NCBI GenBank assembly: GCA_963781885.1
Contig: CAWAHW010000003.1
Span: 64,001 to 128,000, forward strand
DNA length: 64,000 nucleotides
DNA from: an uncultured Spirochaetota bacterium
GTDB taxonomy: Bacteria; Spirochaetota; Spirochaetia; SZUA-6; Fen-1364
Direction of reading: 5' to 3'
Of the stretch, positions 28,886 to 39,571 are shown piece after piece; positions within the stretch are counted from its first letter, which is position 1, and each line of letters opens with the position of its first letter. The position numbers and the translations under genes are program-made. The notes under the pieces are model-generated. The model saw nothing but the letters and a program-made list of their open reading frames with translations, did not search any database and had not been told where the DNA came from.

Positions 28886-30391
28886 ATGATCGACTTCAAG
28901 AACCGGGAAGCGTGGCTCGTCACGGGCAGCCAGCATCTGTACGGCAAGGAAACATTGGACAAGGTTGCCGAACATGCGCGCGAGATCGCCCACGGCCTTT
29001 CCGCCTCTGCCGGCATCCCTGTCACGCTGGTCTTCAAGCCGGTCGTCACGACCCCGGACGCCATCCTGCAGGTGTGCCGCGAGGCGAATGCCGCGCCGTC
29101 CTGCATCGGCATCGTGGCGTGGATGCACACATTTTCTCCCGCGAAGATGTGGATCGCGGGGCTCTCCGCGCTCGCCAAACCCTTTGCCCACCTCCACACG
29201 CAATTCAATCGGGACATCCCCTGGGCGTCCATGGACATGGATTTCATGAATCTCAACCAGTCCGCGCACGGCGACCGCGAGTTCGGCTTCATCGGCACGC
29301 GCATGCGGCGGGAAAGGACCGTGATCGTCGGTCACTGGCAGGAGAAGGACGTGCAGGAGGAGCTGGCGGTCTGGATGCGCGCAGCCTGCGCGTGGCACGA
29401 CGCCCAGGGGCTGCGCGTCGCGCGCTTCGGCGACAACATGCGCGAGGTCGCGGTGACGGAAGGCGACAAGGTGGAGGCCCAGATCAAGTTCGGCTATTCC
29501 GTGAACGGATTCGGGGTGGGGGACCTCGCGGCGCGCATCAAGGACGTGAAGGACGCGGAGGCGGGCTCCCTCCTCTCCGAGTACGACGCACAGTACGACG
29601 TGGCAAAGGAGCTGCGGCCCGGCGGCGCGCGGCGCAAGGACCTGCAAGAGGCGGCGCGCATCGAGGTCGGCATGCGGCGCTTCCTCGACGAAGGGGGCTT
29701 CAAGGCGTTCACGACGAGCTTCGAGGACCTGCATGGGCTCGCGCAGCTCCCCGGTCTTGCCGTGCAGCGGCTCATGGCCGACGGCTACGGCTTCGGCGCG
29801 GAGGGGGACTGGAAGACGGCGGCGCTGGTCAGGTCGATGAAGGTCATTGCGGCGGGGCTTCCGGGCGGGACGTCATTCATGGAGGACTACACCTACCACC
29901 TGGATCCGGCGGGTCAGAAGGTGCTCGGCGCCCACATGCTGGAGGTCTGTCCCAGCATTGCGGCGGGCAAGGCGTCACTGGAGATGCATCCGCTCGGCAT
30001 CGGGGGGAAGGACGACCCTGCCCGGTTGGTGTTCACCGCGGCAAAGGGCCCGGCGCTCAATGCCTCCATCATCGACATGGGCACGCGCTTCCGCATGATC
30101 GTGAACGAGGTGGATGTCGTGCAGCCCGACGCACCGCTGCCGAAGCTTCCGGTCGCGCGCGCTCTCTGGATACCGCGGCCGAATCTGAAAGTGGGAGCGG
30201 CGGCGTGGATACTCGCCGGCGGCGCCCATCACGCCGGCTACAGCCAGGCAGTCACCGTCCGCCACCTCGAGTGTTTTGCCGAGATGGCGGGCATTGAGCT
30301 CCTCCTCATCGACAGCAAGACGGAGATCGCCCAATTCAAGAAGGAGCTGCGCTGGAACGCGGCGTACTGGGCGCTCGCCCAGGGGGTGTAG
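28886..30391 (+). CDS. araA: L-arabinose isomerase
   Basis: [63 protein letters not shown]. Confidence 0.98.
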   Translation: MIDFKNREAWLVTGSQHLYGKETLDKVAEHAREIAHGLSASAGIPVTLVFKPVVTTPDAILQVCREANAAPSCIGIVAWMHTFSPAKMWIAGLSALAKPFAHLHTQFNRDIPWASMDMDFMNLNQSAHGDREFGFIGTRMRRERTVIVGHWQEKDVQEELAVWMRAACAWHDAQGLRVARFGDNMREVAVTEGDKVEAQIKFGYSVNGFGVGDLAARIKDVKDAEAGSLLSEYDAQYDVAKELRPGGARRKDLQEAARIEVGMRRFLDEGGFKAFTTSFEDLHGLAQLPGLAVQRLMADGYGFGAEGDWKTAALVRSMKVIAAGLPGGTSFMEDYTYHLDPAGQKVLGAHMLEVCPSIAAGKASLEMHPLGIGGKDDPARLVFTAAKGPALNASIIDMGTRFRMIVNEVDVVQPDAPLPKLPVARALWIPRPNLKVGAAAWILAGGAHHAGYSQAVTVRHLECFAEMAGIELLLIDSKTEIAQFKKELRWNAAYWALAQGV

Positions 30392-30401
30392 CCCTTTTTT
30401 G

Positions 30402-30437
30402 ATCGGTCCGGGGACTCGAGAGTCCCCGGACTCCGAT
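30402..30437. terminator. Strong hairpin between the convergent araA and AIM24 genes
   Basis: TCCGGGGACTC-GA-GAGTCCCCGGA with an outer ATCGG/CCGAT pair; no canonical downstream U-tract. Confidence 0.55.
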
Positions 30438-30439
30438 TC

Positions 30440-31135
30440 TCAGTCCGCTGTCTCCATGTGCAGGTACATGGACTGCAGGCCGACCATGCCGGGGCCCGTG
30501 AAGCGGTTCATCACGAGATTCATGCCCGCGAGCATGCCCGTGGACAGTCTCTGCATGTTCGTTTCCATCTTCACGCCGGGATCCTTGTACAGCCAGCCGC
30601 CCGGCTCGATGTCGATCTGCTCGCCGGCCGCGAGGTTCTTTTCGAAGACATTGCCGTAGCCGTGCAGCCACAGGATGCCTTCCGTTTCCGGAGCCCGGAA
30701 CTTGTCGATGAAGAAGCCGCTGCCGCCGAAAAGGATGTTCGCGACCCCTTTCACGCGCTCGAAGGTATAGTCCACGTTGCCCGTCGCGGCGAGGAACTGG
30801 TGCTCGCGCACGTGCACCTCCTGGCCCTTCTTGAGGTGGATGGCGGCAATGTGGCCCGGCCCGTCGCGGCTGAAGGCGATCTCTCCCGTGCCCTTCGCTT
30901 CCGTGACGAAGATCTGGATGCCCGCCATCATGCGCTTCATCATGCCCTTCATGGGCTTGATCCCGATCTGCACCCCTGTGTGCTTCCAGAGAAGGATGTG
31001 ATGCTCGTAATACACGGAGGCGCTTCCGCTGAGGTCAACGGTCAGGACGGGAACAAGCTCTCCGTCCAGATGGTAGGTGACCCCTGCGAAGGTCTCCTCC
31101 TTCGCGCTCGTCGCCAGAAGGACCGGTCTTTCCAT
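30440..31135 (-). CDS. AIM24/TRAP-like family protein
   Basis: YHLDGELVPVL, VREHQFLAAT, LFGGSGFFIDKF, LWLHGYGN, FTGPGMVGLQSM; GAGGAGG SD. Confidence 0.88.
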   Translation of the reverse strand: MERPVLLATSAKEETFAGVTYHLDGELVPVLTVDLSGSASVYYEHHILLWKHTGVQIGIKPMKGMMKRMMAGIQIFVTEAKGTGEIAFSRDGPGHIAAIHLKKGQEVHVREHQFLAATGNVDYTFERVKGVANILFGGSGFFIDKFRAPETEGILWLHGYGNVFEKNLAAGEQIDIEPGGWLYKDPGVKMETNMQRLSTGMLAGMNLVMNRFTGPGMVGLQSMYLHMETAD

Positions 31136-31225
31136 GCTTTCCTCCTCGAAACAGGCTGTGGCAGGGCACATGACCCCGCGAGTTTCAAGAGTAGCGCCCG
31201 CCCGGGGAAGGGTCAACAGAAATGC

Positions 31226-32614
31226 TCAGGAAGCGGGCCTTTCTTTCGGGGCGCCGAACGCCGCGCGCACGGCGTCCTTTGCCATGCCGACGCCCGTGAA
31301 AGACGCCGACGCCTGACCGGGGGAAGGACGCTCCGAAGGCTCCTCCGGGCCGATCAGGGTGTCGAAGCCCCGGTCGTGGCAGGCGCGGCCGCGCTTTTCA
31401 AGCCCGGGCACCGCGCGCACTTCGCCGGTAAGGCTCACCTCGCCGACGATCGCCGTGCGCGCGGGGAGCGGCGTGGACACGCGCGCCGAGTACAGCGCCA
31501 TGGCGAGCGGCAGCTCGACGCCCACCTCCGCCACGCGAAGACCGCCGGCCACGTTCACGTAGATGTCGTGCTCGGCGAGGTGCAGCCCGAGGTGCTTTTC
31601 CAGCACTGCCGCCATCCGGGCGACCCGTCCGCCGTCGATCCTGTCAGAGTAGATGCGGCTGATGCCGCTCTTGGCCGGCACGGTGAGGGCCTGTATCTCC
31701 ACGAGCAGCACGCGCGAGCCTTCGAAAACCGGCGCAACCGCGACACCCGGGGGGATCTCCCCGTCGCGACGGGTCAGGAAGAGGCTCGACGCGTCGCTTA
31801 CCTCCTCCAGGCCCTCCTCCGTCATGCGGAAAAAGCCCATCTCGTCCACGGAGCCGAACCTGTTCTTCACTGCCTGCAGCGTCCGCACCTCGGCGCTCGC
31901 CTGGTCGAATGACAGCACCGTGTCCACGAGGTGCTCCACGAGCTTCGGTCCCGCGATGGCGCCCTCCTTCGTGACGTGAGCAACGAGCAGGAGACCCGAG
32001 CCGCGCGAGCGCGCCCAGTCTGCGAGCTCCTGCGTGCAGACCTTGATCTGGTTGACCGTGCCGGGCAGGGCGTTTATTTCGCGCGTGTAGAGGGTCTGCA
32101 GCGAGTCGATGATGATGAGCACCGGCTTCACCTTCTCCAGGACCTGCACGATGGCGGTGAGCTCCGTCTCCGCCAGCACCTCGATGCGCTCCGAGGAGAC
32201 GCGAAGCCGGTCCGCCCGCATGCGAAGCTGACCGGGGGACTCCTCACCGGACACGTAGAGGCTCCTGCCGGGGGCGGCAACGCGCGCGGCGATCTGCAGC
32301 ATGAGCGTGGACTTGCCGATGCCTGGCTCCCCGCCGACGAGCACGGAAGAGCCCCGCATGAGCCCGCCTCCCAGCACCCGGTTCATCTCTTCGATGCCGG
32401 TGTCCAGGCGCATGCCGTCGCGCGTTTCTATTGATGACAAGGGCACCGGAAGGGCGGCGGCATGCGCGCGCGCCGCCGCGCCGCGCGGCGGCTCCTCATC
32501 GGCGCTCGCCTCCGCAAAGCTGTTCCATGTCCCGCATTCCGGGCATCGGCCCAGCCAGCGCGGCTCCCGGTGGCCGCAACCCGCGCATTCGAAGAGAGTC
32601 CTGGTTTTTGCCAC
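31226..32614 (-). CDS. radA: DNA repair protein RadA/Sms
   Basis: CxxC..WLGRCPEC zinc finger, GGEPGIGKSTL, KNRFG; promoter TTGACA-N17-TATGCT and GTG start. Confidence 0.97.
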   Translation of the reverse strand: MAKTRTLFECAGCGHREPRWLGRCPECGTWNSFAEASADEEPPRGAAARAHAAALPVPLSSIETRDGMRLDTGIEEMNRVLGGGLMRGSSVLVGGEPGIGKSTLMLQIAARVAAPGRSLYVSGEESPGQLRMRADRLRVSSERIEVLAETELTAIVQVLEKVKPVLIIIDSLQTLYTREINALPGTVNQIKVCTQELADWARSRGSGLLLVAHVTKEGAIAGPKLVEHLVDTVLSFDQASAEVRTLQAVKNRFGSVDEMGFFRMTEEGLEEVSDASSLFLTRRDGEIPPGVAVAPVFEGSRVLLVEIQALTVPAKSGISRIYSDRIDGGRVARMAAVLEKHLGLHLAEHDIYVNVAGGLRVAEVGVELPLAMALYSARVSTPLPARTAIVGEVSLTGEVRAVPGLEKRGRACHDRGFDTLIGPEEPSERPSPGQASASFTGVGMAKDAVRAAFGAPKERPAS

Positions 32615-32744
32615 GCTTTTCCTGCTGCCGAGCATAGGGGCGTCCCGCCGCGCTGTCAATTGCGGGCGCGCGGCGTCCGCGCGCGGAGGCCGCTCTGTTG
32701 AATGCTCCTGCCCGGCATACTATGATCCCGACGAGAGACTTCCT

Positions 32745-34699
32745 TTGAAGGTCAGTCAGCCAGGATCCCGCTCCATCCTCATCGTCTCGGACAATGGCGT
32801 GGCCGTGCACGTCCCTTACCGCATGGACTGGAACGGGCAGGAGCGGCCCGCGGAGAGCATCGTGCTCACGCCGCCCGGCAAGGCCGGCCGAGGCGGTACC
32901 CCGAATCCGGACGCCCGGCCCGTGGCCTGGGAAGTGCGGGCCTTCTTCCTTTTCGGCGAGATCAGGGACCGGATCACGGCGGACCAGGCGGGCATCTGCC
33001 TGGAGAGGTCCTGGCTCGTGAAGACGACCGGTTCGCTCCATCTCAGCATCGACGTCGAGCTCGACGCGGCGGAAGACCTCCAATGCCTCTTTCCCGGGGT
33101 GCATGCCGCAGCGGGATTGCCGGCCGCAACGCTCTCCTTTCTGGCCGAAAAGACCAGCTATCCCGCGGGGTTGCTGCTCTCCTTCGGCCGCAAGGGCGTG
33201 CTCGTCTTCTCCCGCTCGCCCCTGTGCGAAGGCACGCCGGCGAGCATCGGAATCGCCCGGCCCGAGCGGCAGGACGAGCCGTCGCGTCTCCAGGTGACGG
33301 TGAGGTTCCCGGGCGTTGAAGAGCCGCCGGTCGCATCGGGCCCCGACCAGCCGACGTCCAGCCGCCGCAAGAGGTCGTACTGGACTCTCCGGGGAGTCTC
33401 GAACGCCGGCACGAGCTATTCCTGGTCTCCGCCTCCCGCGCGGGGCTCGTTCTGGGGGGTGCCTCTTCCGTGCTCCAGAGACTCCGGCCGCGCGTCGGGC
33501 GGAAGCTTCCGGCGGAGAGAAGCGTCGATGAGGCGATCCTGGCCGATGCAATGGACGCGGCGCTTTCCACGCACTTCGTGCAGGCGGGCGGCGTTGCCGG
33601 CATGCGCGAAACGCCCGGCAGCTCGTGGCTGTCCTCTGCGGCGGGGCTGGGCAGCGCTCTGGCATTGCGCAGGCTGTTTCCCGGCGACGAGCGCCGCGGC
33701 GAGCTTGCCTTGCGGCTTGCTGATTTCGCGCTCAAGGGACAGATCCCCTCGGGCTTCTTCCACGAGAGCTACAACGTCGAATCGGGGCGATGGAGAGGCG
33801 TGCGCGGCGAGACGGCCCGCACCCTGCTGTCGCTCGCGCACTCCGCGCATATCGCCGAGCTCCTGCTCGACCTCGTGGACGAGCTGTCGCGGGAGGGCAG
33901 GCCCTTTGAGAAGTACTATCTTGCGGCGCTCAGATTCGTCGAGTTCTTCCTGGATGAGAAGGGCAGGCTCAGCATGCCGGGGGCGCTGCATCTCCCCGCT
34001 GAACGCTCGCCCGCGTCAGCCCATCCCTCCTCGCTCGGCGGCCTGGAGCTTTTCTTCCCCATGGCATCCGTCTATGTCCGGACCGGGCGTGACCGGTACA
34101 AGAAAGCCCTCGACCAGCTCGTGAAGCGCTTTGCCGGCCTGGGGTGGGACCCCTTCCAGCCGCCGACCTCGCGCGAAGGGCGCGGACCGGACTCTGCCGG
34201 CGCGCAGCTGGCCGCGCGCCTTTTCCTGCGCATGCGCGGCCTCGGATGGAAGACCGTCGAGCAGCCGACCAGCAGCCGCGCCGAGGCCGCGGTGCGCGCA
34301 GGGGAGAGCGCGCGGCTCTTCGCGTCGCTGCTCGTGCCCTGGGTCCGCGTGCACGCGGAGGAGCCTGCCGCGAAAACCGCGCCGGCGGGCTGCATCGCCG
34401 ACTCCGCCGAGCGCCAGAGGCTCCTCTTTTCGGGAAATGAGACGGCGCTTCTCCTCCTGCGGCTTGGCGCGCTCTGCGCAGATGCGGATGTGAAAACACT
34501 TCTGCGGTCGATCGCGCGGCTTTGTCTTGAGGCTTCGGCTGCCGCCCCTCTGGGCACTGCCTGGCTTCAGCATACCGCGTGGAACGAGGAGGGGAAGACG
34601 GACGGGCGCCGGGGAAAGAGGGGGCCCGTGGATTCGCGTCGGCTCGCCCGGGAGGTGCTCGCCGCGCTTTCCATCGCGGCGGAGTTCCCGAGGATCTAG
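32745..34699 (+). CDS. Hypothetical ~650-aa protein (beta-rich N-half, helical-repeat C-half); frameshift near 33328
   Basis: Promoter TTGAAT-N17-TATGAT and TTG start; coding-like frame to EEPP, then continues as GRIGPRPADVQPP into the 33470-34699 frame. Confidence 0.6.
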
Positions 34700-36330
34700 A
34701 AGAGCTTCCGCGCGATGGGGATGCGGCGGCCCGTGCCGAAGGCCTTCGGCGACACCTTCAGGACGGGGGGCGCCTGCCGCCGCTTGTATTCGGCCTTTTC
34801 CACCATCGCAATGATGGAGCGCACGAGCGCCGCGTCGAAGCCGCATCCGGCGATGTCGGCGGCCGACATGTTCTTTACCAGGTACTTCTCCAATACCGCG
34901 TCCAGCGTCTCATACGGCGGCAGCGAGTCCTGGTCCTTCTGGTCGGGACGCAGCTCGGCGGAGGGTGCCTTGTCGATGATGGCCTGCGGTATCAGCGGCG
35001 TGCGCGCATTGATCCCGCGGGCAACCGCGTAGACCTGCACCTTGAAAAGATCGCCGATCACGGCGAGCCCGCCGCTCATGTCGCCGTAGAGCGTGCAGTA
35101 GCCGGTGGCGAGCTCCGACTTGTTTCCCGTCGTGAGCAGGAGCGAGTTGAGCTTGTTGGAGTACGCCATGAGGAGCGTTCCCCGGATCCTCGCCTGGATG
35201 TTCTCCTCCGTGATGTCGGGCGCCCGGCCGGCGAAGACGGGCGCCAGCGCGCGCAGGTAGGTGGAAAAGATTTCCTCGATGGGCAGGATCTGAAGCTCAA
35301 GGCCAAGCGCCTCCGCAAGGGCGCGCGCGTCGGTGACGCTGCCCTCCGACGAGTAGCGCGACGGCATGCCGAAGACCTCCACCTTGTCAGGGCCCAGCGC
35401 CTTCACCGCGAGCACGGCGACGAGCGCCGAATCGATGCCGCCGGAGAGCCCGAGATGCACCCGGGTGAAACCGCATTTCCGCACGTAGTCGCGGATGCCG
35501 AGCACGAGGCCGGCCTCGATCTGGCTCACGGGATCATCCGGCAGGGGGACGGCGGGTCCCGTCGCGGCCGTGTCCACGACGGCAAGCTCTTCTTCGAATG
35601 CCTTGCCCAGGTGAACCAGCGCGCCGGCGGCGGACGTGAGCATCGACTGGCCGTCGAAGATGATGTTGTCGTTCGCGCCGACGGTGTTGACGTAGACCAC
35701 GGGCACGCCTGAGTTCTTGCCGATGCTGGAAAGCAGGGCGAGCCGTATGCGCGGCATGCCGGGATGGAACGGCGAGGCTGAGGGGGAGATGATGAGCGTG
35801 GCGCCGGCATCCAGAAGCTCGGCGACAGGGTCCACGGGGTAGCGCAGGCCCGCGGCGGCCTCCGCCTCCCACCAGATGTCCTCGCAAATGGCGATGCCAA
35901 TGCGCTCGCCGCCGAACGGCACGACGGTGCGGCTTTCCGCACTCTCGAACCACCGCGCCTCGTCGAAGACGTCGTAGGTGGGAAGCAGGGTCTTTGCCTG
36001 TGTATGGATGATCTTTCCGTCGCAAAGGAGCGAGGCGACATTGCGCAGCGCCTTGCCGGGCCTGCCGCGGTTGCGGTCCACGTAGCCGACGACGATGCCG
36101 ATCCCCTTCGGCGCGCCGGACTGCACGCTGCGCAGCGCCTTCAGGTTCTCCTCCACGAACACGTCGTATTCCAGCAGGTCCATGGGCGGGTAGCCGCAGA
36201 GGCAAAGCTCGGGAAAGACCACGAGGGCGCAACCGGCCGCGGCCGCCTGCGTGGAGAGCGCGACGACCTTCGCGCAATTGCCCGTGAAGTCCCCGATCAC
36301 CGGGTTGATCTGGCCGCAGGCGACCTTCAT
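34696..36330 (-). CDS. nadE: Glutamine-dependent NAD+ synthetase
   Basis: Nitrilase domain (FPEL..GYPP.DLL, ICEDIW) plus LGLSGGIDSA, ENIQARIRG, TGNKSE, PSAELRPDQ.DQDSLPPY. Confidence 0.97.
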   Translation of the reverse strand: MKVACGQINPVIGDFTGNCAKVVALSTQAAAAGCALVVFPELCLCGYPPMDLLEYDVFVEENLKALRSVQSGAPKGIGIVVGYVDRNRGRPGKALRNVASLLCDGKIIHTQAKTLLPTYDVFDEARWFESAESRTVVPFGGERIGIAICEDIWWEAEAAAGLRYPVDPVAELLDAGATLIISPSASPFHPGMPRIRLALLSSIGKNSGVPVVYVNTVGANDNIIFDGQSMLTSAAGALVHLGKAFEEELAVVDTAATGPAVPLPDDPVSQIEAGLVLGIRDYVRKCGFTRVHLGLSGGIDSALVAVLAVKALGPDKVEVFGMPSRYSSEGSVTDARALAEALGLELQILPIEEIFSTYLRALAPVFAGRAPDITEENIQARIRGTLLMAYSNKLNSLLLTTGNKSELATGYCTLYGDMSGGLAVIGDLFKVQVYAVARGINARTPLIPQAIIDKAPSAELRPDQKDQDSLPPYETLDAVLEKYLVKNMSAADIAGCGFDAALVRSIIAMVEKAEYKRRQAPPVLKVSPKAFGTGRRIPIARKLF

Positions 36331-36451
36331 ACGACTCTCCTCATGCGCCCCAATCTACCAAGGAAGGCCGGCAGGGGCAATCCAGTGCGCGGCGCGATGC
36401 AGGGCGGCGTTTTGAATTGACCCTCGCCGCCGGTCACGGTAGTATGACGCG

Positions 36452-37369
36452 ATGCCCCGCACCGTCCTGATCACCGAAGGAGACTCCCCTCTGGGAGGCG
36501 CGCTCACCCGGCTGCTCGCTGCCCGCGGTTTCAGCGTCGTCGCGACGCGCGACCGCGCGGGCTCCGATGCGACGATGCCCGCGGGCTCGCTTGCCCACGT
36601 GCACGCGGTGGCGTGGAACCGCCGCTCGCCGGTGTCCGCGCGCTCGCTGATCCTCGACGCCGTGAGCCTTTCCGGTGCGCACGAAAACGCGGGCGGTCTC
36701 GACGAGGCAATCATCCTGGAGCCCCCGTGGCCCGCGGGCGCGCGGCTGGAGGAGGCCTCCAGCGCGGACATCGAGAGATCCTTCGACGAGGCAAAGGGTC
36801 CGCTGTTCGTCGCGCGGGAGGTCCTGGCTCTTTTCGCGCGCCGCGGCGCGGGGGTCCTTGCCTTTGTCATGGGAGCCCCCGGTCCCGGTCCCCTGGAGGC
36901 CGGGCTCCAGGCAGGCCTCCACGGCACCGCCGCCGGCATTCTCGCTGCCCCCCGGGACGCGTCAGTGCTCGTGAACGGTTTCCAGACCTCCTCCCCGGAG
37001 ATTGAAGAGTACGCGCAATTCATCGACAAGACGCTCGAGGAGCGGGCGCGCAGGATCGGCGGCCGCTGGTTCACCTGCCCTGCGCGCGGAGGCTTTTTCC
37101 GCAGGGCACCCTCGGCCGGTCTCTCTCCGGGCAGGCGCGCCAACACGTCGAGCTGGTGCGCGCAAAAAACGAGCTCTGCGTCGGCAATCTGCTGCCGTCG
37201 GCGGGCAAGCCACCCCTGCAGCGCGGCGGGCTCCACCTCTGGCCTGTGCGCGAGCGACTCCTCCATGAACGTGAGGATGCACGACAGAAAAAACGCCTCG
37301 TCAGCGGGGTACCTGCCGTCGCGGGGAAAGACCACCCAGTCGGACGAGCCTGCCTCCGCGATGCGATAG
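36452..37369 (+). CDS. Atypical short-chain dehydrogenase-like protein (true 3' end probably near 37110)
   Basis: RTVLITEGDSPLGGAL degenerate Rossmann start; leaderless promoter; tail overlaps the convergent gene. Confidence 0.6.
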   Translation: MPRTVLITEGDSPLGGALTRLLAARGFSVVATRDRAGSDATMPAGSLAHVHAVAWNRRSPVSARSLILDAVSLSGAHENAGGLDEAIILEPPWPAGARLEEASSADIERSFDEAKGPLFVAREVLALFARRGAGVLAFVMGAPGPGPLEAGLQAGLHGTAAGILAAPRDASVLVNGFQTSSPEIEEYAQFIDKTLEERARRIGGRWFTCPARGGFFRRAPSAGLSPGRRANTSSWCAQKTSSASAICCRRRASHPCSAAGSTSGLCASDSSMNVRMHDRKNASSAGYLPSRGKTTQSDEPASAMR

Positions 37370-37962
37370 CCGCACCGGGGGAGGAGCGTGAGCAGGTGCC
37401 TGCCGCAGCGGCTGTCGCCCGACACCACCCCGTCGACCACGCGCTCGTCCATGGTCCGGTGATAGGCGTCGACGACCAGGCGATCCAGCACGGGATCGAT
37501 CTCGGGCTCCAAGGCCGTAAGACCGTCGAAGGTGATTGAAAAAAGCGCCCGCGCCCCCGGTGCTCCCAGCCGGGCGATGCTCCGCAGCGCAGCCTCGGGA
37601 TCGAAGAGATCCAGGAACGCGTTTGCCACCAGGAGATCGGCGGGGGGGAATCCCGAGTCGAGATACGCATCGAGGGTCGATGCGGAAAGCTCGGCAGGGA
37701 ATCCCAGCCCGGCCGGCAGCCTCCTCCGCGCCTCATCGACAAGACCGGGTTCCGCGTCGATCATCGTCCAAAGCGACGGCCGCAGCCTGCCGTCGGAGGC
37801 CACCCGACCGATCATCGTGCCGATGCCGCCCCCCAGCTCCAGGACCCGGGGGCGACTCCCCTCGAAGGCATGCACCATCGCGTCCCAGACGTTGCGGTTC
37901 AGAGACCTGTCGTCCACGCTCCTTTTTGCCGCCAGGTAGCGGATGAATGTCGTCTCCTCCAC
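37125..37962 (-). CDS. Class I SAM-dependent methyltransferase (3' end uncertain; open frame runs on to 36355)
   Basis: RYLAAKRSVDDRSLN, VLELGGGIGTM, DLLVANAFLDL, FSITFDG, GSSDWVVFP, AHQLD. Confidence 0.8.
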
Positions 37963-39046
37963 TCAGCGTGCCTCGAGCTGCTCCCCCAGGAAGGTGCGCG
38001 CCGCCTCCATGCTCGCCTGCCAGCCTGCGAAGGCCGCGAATCGCCGCCGCGCGCCAGCGCTGAGCGCGGACAGGCGCGCCCTGTCGGTCGCGAGCATCCG
38101 CAAGGCGCGGGCGAGCGCGCGCGATCTGCCCACCGGGAAGAGGATGCCGCTGCCTTCATCCACGATCTCCGGCGTGCCGCCCGCGCGGCTTGCGACGGGC
38201 ACGACGCCAAAGCCCATGGCTTCGAGCGTCACGATGCCGAAGCCCTCGTACCGGCTGGGCACGACAAGAACATGGTGGGTGCGCAAGGCCTGCGCGAGGG
38301 AGTCGTCATCCAGGGTGCCCGTCCATTGCACGTTTCGTTCCAGCTGCCGCGTCCTGATCGACGTCTCCAAGGAGCGCCGTGTAGACCGGATCCACGTCCC
38401 GCGACCCTGCAATCGACAGGCGCCACCGATCCGCGGGAAGCATGTCCAGCGCCGGCACGAGGGTGTGCAGGCCCTTGCGAGGGATGACGTTCCCGACGAA
38501 GAGAATGCGCAGAGGTCCCGTCTCCGTGCAGCGGCGCGCGATCTCCTCCTCCGATGGTCCCGGGCCGAGCCTGTCTCCGCCCGGGGGCGCAACGATGGCA
38601 CGCGCGGGCGCTCCCCGTAGCGATTCGACCGTGCGGCGGGTCGTCGCGGAGTTGAAGATGAACGCATCGACGCTGCGGAGGTAGGCGCGCTCGACGGCCA
38701 CGTGCCCGCGGCTCCGAAGCCATCCGTCGCCTTCAGAAGTCCAGAGGTGATGGACGATGCCGACGATCGGCACGCCTGTTTTTACGCGCAGCTCGCCATT
38801 CAGCAAGTAGAGCGAGGCGTGGGCAAGCTCGTCCTCCAGCAGGAGGTCTCCCCTCCAGGAGAAAAGAGCTTCGCGGACGGGCGCATCCCCGTGGTGACCG
38901 CGCGCCTCCGCGTAGCTCACCCAGGGAAGCGAGATGATGTCGACCGTGTCGCCGTGCCCGCGCAGACAGTCGACGAGCAGGCGGTCGTACAGGAAGCCGC
39001 CGGAGATCGTTTCAATGCCGCCGTAAATGACGAGCCCGATGTGCAT
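37963..39046 (-). CDS. Glycosyltransferase family 4; frameshift near 38380
   Basis: SGGFLYDR, FVGNVIPRKGLH, then PSRYEGFGIVTLEAM...SRAGGTPEIV in the next frame. Confidence 0.9.
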
Positions 39047-39053
39047 GCCTGCC

Positions 39054-39435
39054 TCAGCCTGTGACGGGGGCGGGCGCTTCATAGCCTGCCCACGCGGAAT
39101 CGTTTTCCCAGAGCCTTACCGCGCACGACGTCCGCGCCGGAAGCCCCGTGGAGAGCCGCTCCCAGAGCAGACGCACGAAGACTTCAAGCGATGGGTTGCG
39201 GCCCTCGAAATCTGCAAGCTCGTTCAGGAGCGCACCCTCGTAGCGCGCGAGCGTCCGGCTCGAGGCTCTTTTCCACCTCGATGAGGTCGACGAGATAGCC
39301 GCGTGCGTCGAGCTCCGCCGCGCGCAATTCCCACTCGATGCGATAGGCGTGGGCGTGCGGCGCGCCCTCCGGTCCGTCGCTTTCCCGCAGGAAGTGCCGC
39401 GCGCTGAATGCGCGCTGGAGGCACAATCTGTACAT
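39054..39435 (-). CDS. 6-pyruvoyl/6-carboxytetrahydropterin synthase-like (COG0720) protein; frameshift near 39255
   Basis: FSARHFL...GPEGAPHAHAYRIE...GYLVDL, then LLNEL.DF.GRNPSLE...VRLWEND.AWAGY. Confidence 0.85.
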
Positions 39436-39493
39436 CGAGTCAATGTAAAACTGCGCGGCGGGGCGAGCAAGACCCCCGGCCACGCCGGCCGCG

Positions 39494-39559
39494 GTACTCC
39501 GCGGCATTCGTAGCCTACCGTGGCTGCGGTATTCCGCGGCAATTGTATTCCGTGGCATT
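39494..39559. repeat. Three imperfect direct repeats GTA(C/T)TCCG(C/T)GGCA in a divergent intergenic region
   Basis: Copies at 39494, 39529 and 39545, plus a degenerate TACCGTGGC near 39516. Confidence 0.7.
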
Positions 39560-39571
39560 ATTACGAACAGC

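Noticed and set aside
39054-39435. Canonical queD of queuosine synthesis
   Set aside because: The catalytic Cys motif is absent and no queC/queE/queF is nearby.
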